A stretch of 60,446 nucleotides of DNA, taken from the IMG/VR virus record IMGVR_UViG_3300022921_000005. One strand, given 5' to 3'. Origin of the DNA: an uncultured virus (IMG/VR IMGVR_UViG_3300022921_000005). Taxonomy: Duplodnaviria > Heunggongvirae > Uroviricota > Caudoviricetes. Shown piece after piece: positions 51,921 through 60,446 of the stretch (position 1 is the stretch's first letter; the number at the start of each line of letters is the position of its first letter). A program made the position numbers and the translations under genes. The notes under the pieces were generated by a model that was given only the letters and a program-made list of their open reading frames with translations, was not told the origin of the DNA and made no database searches.

Positions 51921-52246
51921 TATCGTGTAACTCCTGGAGTAACTGTGACTAATCCTTCCATAATTCTAGAAACTAAGCCACTACCATCTGTTAATTCAAC
52001 ATCATATACATAACGACCATGTTCGATTCCATTCGTTGTGTTCGAACTTAATGACAATGTTACAACACCAGAAGCATTCGTGGTTACTGTGAAATTAATT
52101 GCTGTCGTAGATGTATAATATTTTCTAATTTGACCAGCGCCTGTGTAACCAGATATATCAATTGCGTCACCATCATCATCGGTCAAAGTGATCGATGTTG
52201 AAAAATCAGTTCCTTGATCAATAACTAAGTTTGCTTTCGTTGCCAT
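51920..52246 (-). CDS. Small Ig-like virion/baseplate-associated protein
   Basis: NLVIDQGTDF...D.SGY....QIRK.Y...GRYVYDVE...R..EG.VTV.PGVT. Confidence 0.75.
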   Translation of the reverse strand: MATKANLVIDQGTDFSTSITLTDDDGDAIDISGYTGAGQIRKYYTSTTAINFTVTTNASGVVTLSLSSNTTNGIEHGRYVYDVELTDGSGLVSRIMEGLVTVTPGVTR

Positions 52247-52254
52247 ATTTATAT

Positions 52255-55200
52255 CTACCTAGTTTGGTACTTAACGATATTGAATGAGTGAACATTTGTT
52301 GCTGGTGCCGCGCCTGAGCATGTTACCATCAACTCGACATTTGCACCGTTTATTCCGACATTCCAAACTGCATCAAAGTTATTTGCAACTTCACCGTATC
52401 GTGTGAAGAATACATCTGTTCCATTGTGCGCTACAGAAATTTCGACAACATAGCAACTGTCGGTGTTTGTATTTCTACCTTCAATGAAGTACTTGAAGCC
52501 TCTACTTTCACTTGCAGGTACAGTATCAATCACAACATCAGTTGCACTAGATGAAAGTGTAATCTCGCCATCACCACCGACAATCGCAAAGTTATTAGCG
52601 TGAAGGTCAACAATCTGTAGAATGTTTAAGTTTGCTGTACCATTGACTTGCAAGTTCTCAGTTGTTACGTTCGCTGTACATGTTGCGTCAGCATTCACTG
52701 TCATGGTATCACTAAACAATGATGTGCCTTCTACTATCAGGCTTCCTAGTGTTGCACTGCCATCTACATCTATAGCTCCAGTTGCGCTAATAGTATTTGC
52801 AAAGAGTTGCCATCTAGCATTTGTTTGACCAAGATTTTGTGTGTTTGACGTAGGCTGAATATAACCATCAGCATCAACGTTCGTCAAGAAAGCATCCCAT
52901 CGAAGAGAACTTGTGCCTAAATCATTTCCTGTAGTAGTTGGTTGAACAGAGCTTTGGAAATATGCTATGCCAGCAGTATTAGAGATGCCATTGACAAGCA
53001 GTGTTCCAGTATTTGCTTCGCCTGCAATATCTGTGCCGCCGCTTCTTGTTGTAAGTGCAACACCATTATTATAATATAATGTGACTCCACCGTCAACAAC
53101 AGCAGTGATGAAAGGCTCAGGTGTTCCTTGATCGCTTCGAAGAGTGATCGTATTAGATTGAATATACAGTGTGCCAGTATTGTTTTCAATAATACCGTTT
53201 GTGCCGCTGTGTTGAATCGTCAAGTCTGTGTCATTACCAAGTCTAACACTTTCGCCATCGCCCATGATAAGGCCATCAGCTTCAACATTGCCAATTACTT
53301 TTATGCCACTAGTTGTTGTTTGAAACTTATAAGAATTTGTTGCTGGGTGATAAATCTTAATATCACCTGACTGTTGACCACGCATGTAGTAAGTCGCAGG
53401 TGTGGTCGATGATCTGATATCAAACCCACTGGCAGTTCTAATATCGAGATTGCCAGTTTGATTCATCAAATAACCAGTATCAACACCATTGTGATATATT
53501 TGCAGATCGCCAGTGACATTGTTAGAGCCGAGTCGAATGACTTCGTTTGTGCCCATTGTCAAGCCGTCTGCTATTGCAACACCAGTGACTGTTACACCCG
53601 TATTCGTTGTTTGTAGTCTATTTGTTCCAGCAGAGTAAAGAATCGTTCCAGATATAGAACCATCAGCGCGGATATATTCAGTTACACCACCAGCACCGTC
53701 ATCGCTTTGAATGATAACGTCTTTATCGTCAGCACTTTGTTGAATATAAAGATCGCCAGTTCTGTTTATCAGGTTCGTATCAGTAGCATCATGCGCAATA
53801 GAGAAGTCAGATGGACCAAAGAATACAGTTACATTATCACCGTATGTCCAAGTATTCGCAGATGCACTCCATGTAACTGCATCGACAGTAGTGCCATCAA
53901 AGTTCACATCTGCATCAAATGATGCTGTGCTTTGTACATGTAGAGTAGTCGTATTTGCATCGCCAGTAACTTCAACACCGCCACTGGTTGTATCAATCTT
54001 CGCACTACCAGCGTGATAAAGAGTAGCGGCACCACCTGCAACACCTTGGAAGTAATTCTGTCCAGATGTGCTTTGAATGATTGAGTTATTTGCTTTGAGT
54101 ACAAGACTACCTGAGCCTGTCTCTTGAATGATAGAGTTACCAGTCGCCTCGTGGAAGATTTGTAAGTCTTGTGATGCGCCTAGCTGAACTTTCTCGCCGT
54201 CACCCGCAACAAAACCGTCAGCGACTACGTTACCAGTGACTTGAATGCCGCCAGTTTTAGTTTCGAGTTTAACATTATTGTCGAAGTAAAGATCAACTTG
54301 ACCGTTAACAGTCGCAGTAATATAGTTTTCGCCTGTTGCAGACTCAATAATTAACGCATTAGTCTTGACATCAAGTGAGGTATTCGATATAATATCTGTG
54401 TTCAGCGAATCAATAATACCTGTAGTACCAGTGTGATATACTTTCATATCACCATCAGTACCAAACGTAGCTTTAACAGAATCATCGAAGTTCAGAGTAT
54501 CGCTTGCAGATACCCATTGCAAAACATCAGTAGAAGTTCCATCAAACGTTGCATCGCCTTGAACTTCAAGTGTGTCTGTCGTTGTGAGTCCTGTTACATC
54601 AACACCATCTGATTTGGTATCAAGTTTGGCATTACCATTATAGTATACTGTTGCGGCGCCATCTGCGACACCCTGGAAGTAGTTCTCGCCAGCAGTGCTT
54701 TGAATAATAGTATTATTTGCTTTTAATACGAGGCTGCCTGCGCCATTCTCTTGAATGATTGAATTGCCTGTTGCTTCATGGAAGATTTCTAAGTCTTGAG
54801 CGTTGCCCAGTTGAACTTTCTCTCCATCGCCAGCAACAAATCCATCTGCTACGACATTACCTGTGACAGTAACACCGCCCGCTTGAGTAACAAGTTTTGC
54901 AGTAGTATGTACGCTTGCATCATAGAAAAGACTGACTGCGCCATTTACGTCAGCAGTCAAGTAGCTTTCTGTTCCAGTGTGACTTCGCAGAGTAATTCCA
55001 TTACCTTGTGCAATTAATTCACCAGTTGTGTTTCTGATATAAGAATTAGTTCCATCATGGAAAACAGATAGTTCGCCACCAGTACCGAATGTTGCGAAGT
55101 TATTACTATCAAAGTTCATTGTGTTAGTTGATTTTGTCCATGTGACAGTATCAGCACTTGTTGAACCTTGAATATTAATATTGCCTTCGAAGTCTGAAGT

Positions 55201-56613
55201 AGATTGAACTCTGAGTGTATCAGTGTTTGCTTCGCCTTCGATTTCGACACCGATAGATTTAGTAGCAAGTTTTTGAGAGCCGTAGTGATACAATATAGCA
55301 TCACCTGTTGAACCGTCTGCTCTAAAGTAATCTGTTTGACCAGTTCCTGTGCTGTCATCGGCTGATAGAATAATATCATTATCAGCCTCAGTATTTTTAA
55401 TTACGATGGCACCAGTTTTACTATCAATGCGCGAGTTTGTACCGTCATGATACATTTCCAAATCTTGTGCATCACCGAGTTGTACTTTCTCATTGTCTCC
55501 TGCTACGAAACCATCCGCAACTGTATTACCAGTAACGATAATACCACCTTCTTGAGTAACAAGTTTTGCAGTAGTATGTACGCTTGCATCATAGAATAGT
55601 CTAACAGCGCCATTTAAATCAGCGTCCATCATTGTTTCAAGTGCTGTATCACCTCTAAGTGTGAAATTATCAGCCTGAACAATCATCTCACCTGTATTAT
55701 TTTCAATCAGTGAGTTGGTACCGTTGTGATAAATTGAAAGATCACCACTCGTGCCAAATGTTGCGAAGTTATTATCATCAAAATTCAGAGTGTTAGTAGT
55801 CTTGTCCCATGTAACAGTGTTGGCATTTGTTGAGCCTTCGATGCCGATGTTACCTTGCAATCTAGACGTAGAGCGAACGGTCAATGTATTTGTATTCGCT
55901 TCGTTCTCAACTTTCATGCCTACATCGGTGATTGTGACTTCCAATGTATTCGCGGCAGGCGAGAAGATTTCTACTGAAGTTCCATCGTTACCTACGATAT
56001 ATCGTGAGCCATCATTCGCAGACAGCGTAAGATTCGTTGCTCGAATGTAAAGATTGCCTGTACCGTTGTCTGCGATTTCACTGTCAGTGCCATTATGTCT
56101 AATCACTAGATCGCTGTCAGTGCCGAATGTTAATTCTACATTGTCATTGAAATTCATTTCATCTGTAGCAGATAGCCACTGTACAGCATTCGCTGAAGTG
56201 CCATCGATGTACATATCATTTTGGAATGTAGCATCGAGTGATACTAGAAAATCACCAGTAATTTGAACAGTATGTGAGCCGTTAGCAGTAGCACCGAAGT
56301 GTGAATTACCATTTACTTCAAAATCTTTCCAAATAATAGTATCAAGCGCAGTGTTTTGTACGTGTACATTTGATGAAATGTAGAGTGTATCAGAAGCGGC
56401 ATAATCGCCACCTCTTAATGAGTCGTGTGCAATTAAGTTGTTAGCGTAAAAACTTCCGATAAGAATCGCATCACCAGATGTCTCAGCACCCGCTGTATTC
56501 GCAGTGATGACATCCTCTCGCATGAGAGTAATCATCTCATTAGTTTTATTCAGCCAATCACTAAATGTATCGGAAACTGGATCTAAATTTGCAAAACCTG
56601 AATTGAGTGCCAT
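52255..56613 (-). CDS. Long tail fibre-like protein with internal repeats
   Basis: DTF..W..KTN N-terminus; about 8 repeats of D....FG...DL.I.H.GT.S.I....G.L...V.LY......KL.T...G..VTG. Confidence 0.8.
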   Translation of the reverse strand: MALNSGFANLDPVSDTFSDWLNKTNEMITLMREDVITANTAGAETSGDAILIGSFYANNLIAHDSLRGGDYAASDTLYISSNVHVQNTALDTIIWKDFEVNGNSHFGATANGSHTVQITGDFLVSLDATFQNDMYIDGTSANAVQWLSATDEMNFNDNVELTFGTDSDLVIRHNGTDSEIADNGTGNLYIRATNLTLSANDGSRYIVGNDGTSVEIFSPAANTLEVTITDVGMKVENEANTNTLTVRSTSRLQGNIGIEGSTNANTVTWDKTTNTLNFDDNNFATFGTSGDLSIYHNGTNSLIENNTGEMIVQADNFTLRGDTALETMMDADLNGAVRLFYDASVHTTAKLVTQEGGIIVTGNTVADGFVAGDNEKVQLGDAQDLEMYHDGTNSRIDSKTGAIVIKNTEADNDIILSADDSTGTGQTDYFRADGSTGDAILYHYGSQKLATKSIGVEIEGEANTDTLRVQSTSDFEGNINIQGSTSADTVTWTKSTNTMNFDSNNFATFGTGGELSVFHDGTNSYIRNTTGELIAQGNGITLRSHTGTESYLTADVNGAVSLFYDASVHTTAKLVTQAGGVTVTGNVVADGFVAGDGEKVQLGNAQDLEIFHEATGNSIIQENGAGSLVLKANNTIIQSTAGENYFQGVADGAATVYYNGNAKLDTKSDGVDVTGLTTTDTLEVQGDATFDGTSTDVLQWVSASDTLNFDDSVKATFGTDGDMKVYHTGTTGIIDSLNTDIISNTSLDVKTNALIIESATGENYITATVNGQVDLYFDNNVKLETKTGGIQVTGNVVADGFVAGDGEKVQLGASQDLQIFHEATGNSIIQETGSGSLVLKANNSIIQSTSGQNYFQGVAGGAATLYHAGSAKIDTTSGGVEVTGDANTTTLHVQSTASFDADVNFDGTTVDAVTWSASANTWTYGDNVTVFFGPSDFSIAHDATDTNLINRTGDLYIQQSADDKDVIIQSDDGAGGVTEYIRADGSISGTILYSAGTNRLQTTNTGVTVTGVAIADGLTMGTNEVIRLGSNNVTGDLQIYHNGVDTGYLMNQTGNLDIRTASGFDIRSSTTPATYYMRGQQSGDIKIYHPATNSYKFQTTTSGIKVIGNVEADGLIMGDGESVRLGNDTDLTIQHSGTNGIIENNTGTLYIQSNTITLRSDQGTPEPFITAVVDGGVTLYYNNGVALTTRSGGTDIAGEANTGTLLVNGISNTAGIAYFQSSVQPTTTGNDLGTSSLRWDAFLTNVDADGYIQPTSNTQNLGQTNARWQLFANTISATGAIDVDGSATLGSLIVEGTSLFSDTMTVNADATCTANVTTENLQVNGTANLNILQIVDLHANNFAIVGGDGEITLSSSATDVVIDTVPASESRGFKYFIEGRNTNTDSCYVVEISVAHNGTDVFFTRYGEVANNFDAVWNVGINGANVELMVTCSGAAPATNVHSFNIVKYQTR

Positions 56614-56813
56614 TAAGTTAACCTACTCTCTATGTGATATAACCTACTTTTTAGGTCGTTAAGTTCTTTTTCTAAAGTTTCTACTTTTTGTTCTAGATTC
56701 TTTCTCTTTAGAACGCTCTCTCTTTGCAATTTATATCTCTCATATTCAGATATATCTTGCGCGACTACTGCGCCATCTTCATTCTTTACATATTCTTCTT
56801 TATTTATCATCAT
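56613..56813 (-). CDS. Small coiled-coil protein
   Basis: GAVV..D...Y..YK..R...LE.E...LK..L pattern, often found after the large virion protein in T4-like phages. Confidence 0.65.
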   Translation of the reverse strand: MMINKEEYVKNEDGAVVAQDISEYERYKLQRESVLKRKNLEQKVETLEKELNDLKSRLYHIESRLT

Positions 56814-59695
56814 GCTGATACGGCAATCACTCTATAATCATTCACAGAAGGTACAATGTTTGCGTTATTAGAAGTTAGAATGGTCTTAATTGCTACAGTA
56901 TTGTATGTGTCATACTTGCCTTCTGGCGTGAAGTATCGAACAATGTTCAAATTATCTGCATTATTAAATGCGGTGTACGGTGTTTCAATCTTATCCATTT
57001 TTAATCCCGTATCTTGAATATTAACATTCGATACAGCTTCGTTCAATTGCAATGTTGTATTATTAGTGATTCCTGTAACTTGGAATACACCATAATTATC
57101 TGGGAATATTTCACTATAAATTTTAACTACATCACCAGTTGAAAGTGCAGTCGTGAACGATGTTCCTGTTCCAGTAACTGTGTTTGCGCCAGAAGAAGTA
57201 TCAACTGTACCAGTAAGCGTACTTTCTGAAGGCGGATAAGCTGGGAAGCCAAACGTATATTCTTTCCAGTCTCCGCGCTGTGAAGGACTACTGAATGTAT
57301 TCGCGCCAGCAGTCATTTCTAGTTTCGTCCAACTCTTATCTAAGAACGCTTTTGGATCATCACTATTTATAACCTTGGCATAAACGTGAAGATCAGATCC
57401 TGGCGGACGATAAGCATTATACACTACAACAATATCTTCAGCAGATTTATCTTCGCCTAGAACAAGTTGCTTTGAAATGTGTTTAGAATCAGACGTACCA
57501 TTATTAGTATGTTCACTTTCAAGATCGGTAGTAATCTGCCAATAGTGAGTCTGGATGTTTGTGCCGTCAACTCTCAGTTCAGGTGTTTCATATGACTTAT
57601 CATCGCCACCTGAGTTTCCATAAACTAGAGTGACTACAGCAGACTTTTCGCCTACACCATCATCGTCTTCATCATAAAGATTAGTACTATTTTTAACTTC
57701 GAGTGATCTCGAAAGAATTGATGGATTATATCTTTCGCCATTATTCTCATATGTATCAATGTGATTCGCGGCGTCCATAATTAATGTTTCTTCGTAAGTA
57801 GATGTATTACTCATCTGCCATGCTGAACCATCGTAATAAGCGAAGTTATATTTACCGCGAGCGATTGACTTGCCTGTTGCATCAATGTCAAAGTCGATGT
57901 TGAATACCGACAGAGGCCAAGTATCAACAGACGAGATTGTCAATTCTACTCCAGAGTCAGCGCCAATAATTGTGTCGCCGTCTTCAAAACAGAACGTTGA
58001 ATTTGCCGCAGTTGAATCATCGAGAACCATCTTATCAGTGATAGCATCGAAGTTTGTAAGTTCGCCGACAGGTGTATGCTTATAATTTGCACCTGTAAGA
58101 TCGATCGGTGATGCATCTTCAAGATACATTACAGTAGAACTTTCTATTTGTCCTACTTCAACAACATCAGTGCCATCAACTGTTCCATCGGTGATCACAA
58201 TCAGATCGCCGCGGTTTAGCGTTGTAAAATCTGTGCCGACGCCAATTACTTTATCTTCGCCCGCTTCAACGGTAATAGTGCCAGCAGAGTTTGCAGTCTG
58301 CTTAAAGAAATATTCACCGCCTGCTGGATCTTCTGTGCTGTTTGAGATCGACAAAAATTCGTAGTCTTTAAATACCATCGGAATTTCTTGAGTTTCAACA
58401 TCATATTCAGCGGCAAAAACGTCAAATTTCAAATCAAGATTATCTCTTGCTTTCTGCAACTTCATTCTATTGATAACGCTTTGATTTGGATTTGGTGTGA
58501 CATCAAGGAATAACTCACCTCTATGACCACGACTTGCGCCCGGTGATGGCTTATTGGTACCTACAATTCTATCTCTTGTTTTACATGACCACAATTCAAA
58601 ATTGTTATGGCCGAGAACAATTCCTATTCCATAAAATTTACCTGTTCTAAGGCGTACTGGTTTATCAAAAGCAAAATCTGTGTCTACAGATGCATCATTT
58701 GATGTAGAGCATTGAGAAGATTTTTTCTTAACAATAGAGCCATTGTATTGTCTCTGTGTGATTGGTATACCACCTGGATCGATATCAATTAGACATACTG
58801 TTACGGTTGGATCAACTCTCCTAGAACTATTTCCAACGGATACGAGTCCTGGAGTTTCTTTGAAATAAAGACTGACTTGTGCTATGTCTACAGTCTTTGC
58901 ACCACCGAATGAATTAGAATCGAGATAAAATGATTGAACGAGATCATAAGAAATCTCTTGTTTGATATCAACAGGCTTCGTTACAATTGGAGTATTGCCA
59001 AAGAAACAGCCTCTTGATCTTCGAATATTATCGAAAGGATTCTTTGGTCGACTTGGCTTGGGTCTTCCTGGCGGCGTTACAATCGGCTGACTGATTAGAA
59101 CTGGAACTGGCACTGTAGTTGATCCAATTCTAACAGTTCGATTTGTCGTTGTTAAATTTTTACTTGCAACAGACGATGGCACTAGAGAAACATCACTTTC
59201 ATCGATTACGCGGTTTACAATATTACGATTGTATGTCTTTTTATTTCTAGAATAACTTACCCATGAACCATAGTACATTTGGAAGTGTAGATTGCCGTTA
59301 TCATCTGTTACTAGGTATTCATTTCTCCATGGTCTCTGATAAGAACCAAAGTTTCTTCTATACGTTTTCATGAAAATACTGAAATCATATTTACCATAAG
59401 CATTGATAACTGTTTTACCGCGAACTAAACACAGCCTCGTTATATCTCTATTACCATGAAATACTTTGTATTTGGTATTTGGTATCAAATTATGAAATGA
59501 CAAAACACCTGATCGGCTTTTATTAGTAGTTCTAGTGCCAGAAGGAATTTGAGCAAAAGAAAATCTTCTCTTGCTCGTCACAGAAGGCATTTTTACTGTA
59601 GGATATCCAACTTTCACAGGCGGCATTGCTTGAGACTTTACTTTTTGTTTCAAGCCGCGTTTTCTTAGTGAAGTTAAATCAAAAGGTATTGACAT
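56810..59695 (-). CDS. Large virion structural protein, C-terminal part of a DUF4815-like family
   Basis: L.QSF...V.LYF....T.F.F..PV.L; S.HISK...L....AEDI.V...AYRP..SD..VYAK; IK..L.S.....VP...D.R.IA. Confidence 0.65.
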   Translation of the reverse strand: MSIPFDLTSLRKRGLKQKVKSQAMPPVKVGYPTVKMPSVTSKRRFSFAQIPSGTRTTNKSRSGVLSFHNLIPNTKYKVFHGNRDITRLCLVRGKTVINAYGKYDFSIFMKTYRRNFGSYQRPWRNEYLVTDDNGNLHFQMYYGSWVSYSRNKKTYNRNIVNRVIDESDVSLVPSSVASKNLTTTNRTVRIGSTTVPVPVLISQPIVTPPGRPKPSRPKNPFDNIRRSRGCFFGNTPIVTKPVDIKQEISYDLVQSFYLDSNSFGGAKTVDIAQVSLYFKETPGLVSVGNSSRRVDPTVTVCLIDIDPGGIPITQRQYNGSIVKKKSSQCSTSNDASVDTDFAFDKPVRLRTGKFYGIGIVLGHNNFELWSCKTRDRIVGTNKPSPGASRGHRGELFLDVTPNPNQSVINRMKLQKARDNLDLKFDVFAAEYDVETQEIPMVFKDYEFLSISNSTEDPAGGEYFFKQTANSAGTITVEAGEDKVIGVGTDFTTLNRGDLIVITDGTVDGTDVVEVGQIESSTVMYLEDASPIDLTGANYKHTPVGELTNFDAITDKMVLDDSTAANSTFCFEDGDTIIGADSGVELTISSVDTWPLSVFNIDFDIDATGKSIARGKYNFAYYDGSAWQMSNTSTYEETLIMDAANHIDTYENNGERYNPSILSRSLEVKNSTNLYDEDDDGVGEKSAVVTLVYGNSGGDDKSYETPELRVDGTNIQTHYWQITTDLESEHTNNGTSDSKHISKQLVLGEDKSAEDIVVVYNAYRPPGSDLHVYAKVINSDDPKAFLDKSWTKLEMTAGANTFSSPSQRGDWKEYTFGFPAYPPSESTLTGTVDTSSGANTVTGTGTSFTTALSTGDVVKIYSEIFPDNYGVFQVTGITNNTTLQLNEAVSNVNIQDTGLKMDKIETPYTAFNNADNLNIVRYFTPEGKYDTYNTVAIKTILTSNNANIVPSVNDYRVIAVSA

Positions 59696-59729
59696 TTTTT
59701 ATTTCCTTCGTTAATTTATCTACTATTTA

Positions 59730-60446
59730 TTAGTGCAATTTGAATGCACTTCTAGCGAGTGCCAAGTTCTTCAGTGAACCACCATGGAACGTTGTTGTTG
59801 GCGGAGACTTAGGCTTGGCTACAACTTTCGGTATTCTCGTTGGCTGTTTTGTGATTACAGGCGACTTCACAGGCGGCGCAATCTTTCTAGGCGGTGGCGC
59901 TGGTGGTAAAGTGTATTTCGGAATATTGAACGATCCGAAACCTGGAATCGAAATTGTAACGGGTGGAGGATTCACAGGTGGCTTTGGCGGTTTAGGCACT
60001 GGCGGTACTGTGACTGGTCTCTTAACTCCACCCGTATACACTTTTGGAGTAGGCTCAACAATCTTATCGATCTTTGGCTTGATACACAGACATGAACATA
60101 TAGGTCTAATAGGATGCCTTGATGCAAGAGGTTGAGGCCTGGGCACAATTGGCTGTGGAATTCGTATAGCTTTTTTCTTAGGAACAATACCAACCTTAGG
60201 AGTATAATTCTTAACAGGCGGGGTTGTTCTAACTGGCGGCGGATTGGTCGGCGCTCTGGCTGGAGCTTTAGAACTAGTTGTAATCTGTTCAGCAGAACCA
60301 GGCCAGCAAACAACATAACGATGAAGAGGAGAAGCCTTATAGTTTCTCACTTCAAGATATTGACCTTTCGACATATCGTATTTAATTTGAATGATGCCAG
60401 CATTTCTTATCCAATAGTTTGCACCATAAACAGGATGCGATACTCG
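59730..60446 (-). CDS. Partial CDS (open to window end) with Pro/Lys/Arg-rich C-terminus
   Basis: Frame stays open upstream of 60374 (RVSHPVYGANYWIRNAGIIQIKYDMSKGQ...) to position 60446. Confidence 0.7.
   Translation of the reverse strand, partial: RVSHPVYGANYWIRNAGIIQIKYDMSKGQYLEVRNYKASPLHRYVVCWPGSAEQITTSSKAPARAPTNPPPVRTTPPVKNYTPKVGIVPKKKAIRIPQPIVPRPQPLASRHPIRPICSCLCIKPKIDKIVEPTPKVYTGGVKRPVTVPPVPKPPKPPVNPPPVTISIPGFGSFNIPKYTLPPAPPPRKIAPPVKSPVITKQPTRIPKVVAKPKSPPTTTFHGGSLKNLALARSAFKLH

Noticed and set aside
52255..56613. Diversity-generating retroelement TR/VR pair
   Set aside because: Repeats are internal and in frame, differences are not adenine-specific, and no reverse transcriptase is in the window

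Overview
A 60.4-kb piece of a T4-like (Tevenvirinae-related, 'marine exo-T4' gene order) myophage genome. Essentially all genes lie on the minus strand; the single clear exception is a three-domain glycosyltransferase. Left part: replication/recombination/late-transcription genes (gp45 partial, gp46, gp47, gp55, uvsW, uvsY). Middle: head, tail, packaging and neck genes (gp3, 23, 22, 21, 67, 20, 19, 18, 17, 16, 15, 14, 13). Single modification enzymes (JmjC/cupin, carbamoyltransferase, radical SAM, 2OG-Fe(II) oxygenases, sulfotransferase) are wedged between core genes. Right part (27-60 kb): a large fibre/adhesin island with glycosyltransferase-like genes, two Pro-poor GFTGS collagen-like fibres, two S74-chaperone fibres, a beta-propeller protein and a split large virion protein. 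The most striking feature is a 1032-aa Thr-rich protein (31829-34927) whose two halves are 'reverse complements' of each other at the amino-acid level: aromatic residues in one arm face Arg/Lys in the other at a constant register i+j=1078 over about 930 residues. This implies a giant antiparallel beta-hairpin, encoded next to a putative glycosylation cassette. All assignments come from motif recognition and synteny; no database searches were run.
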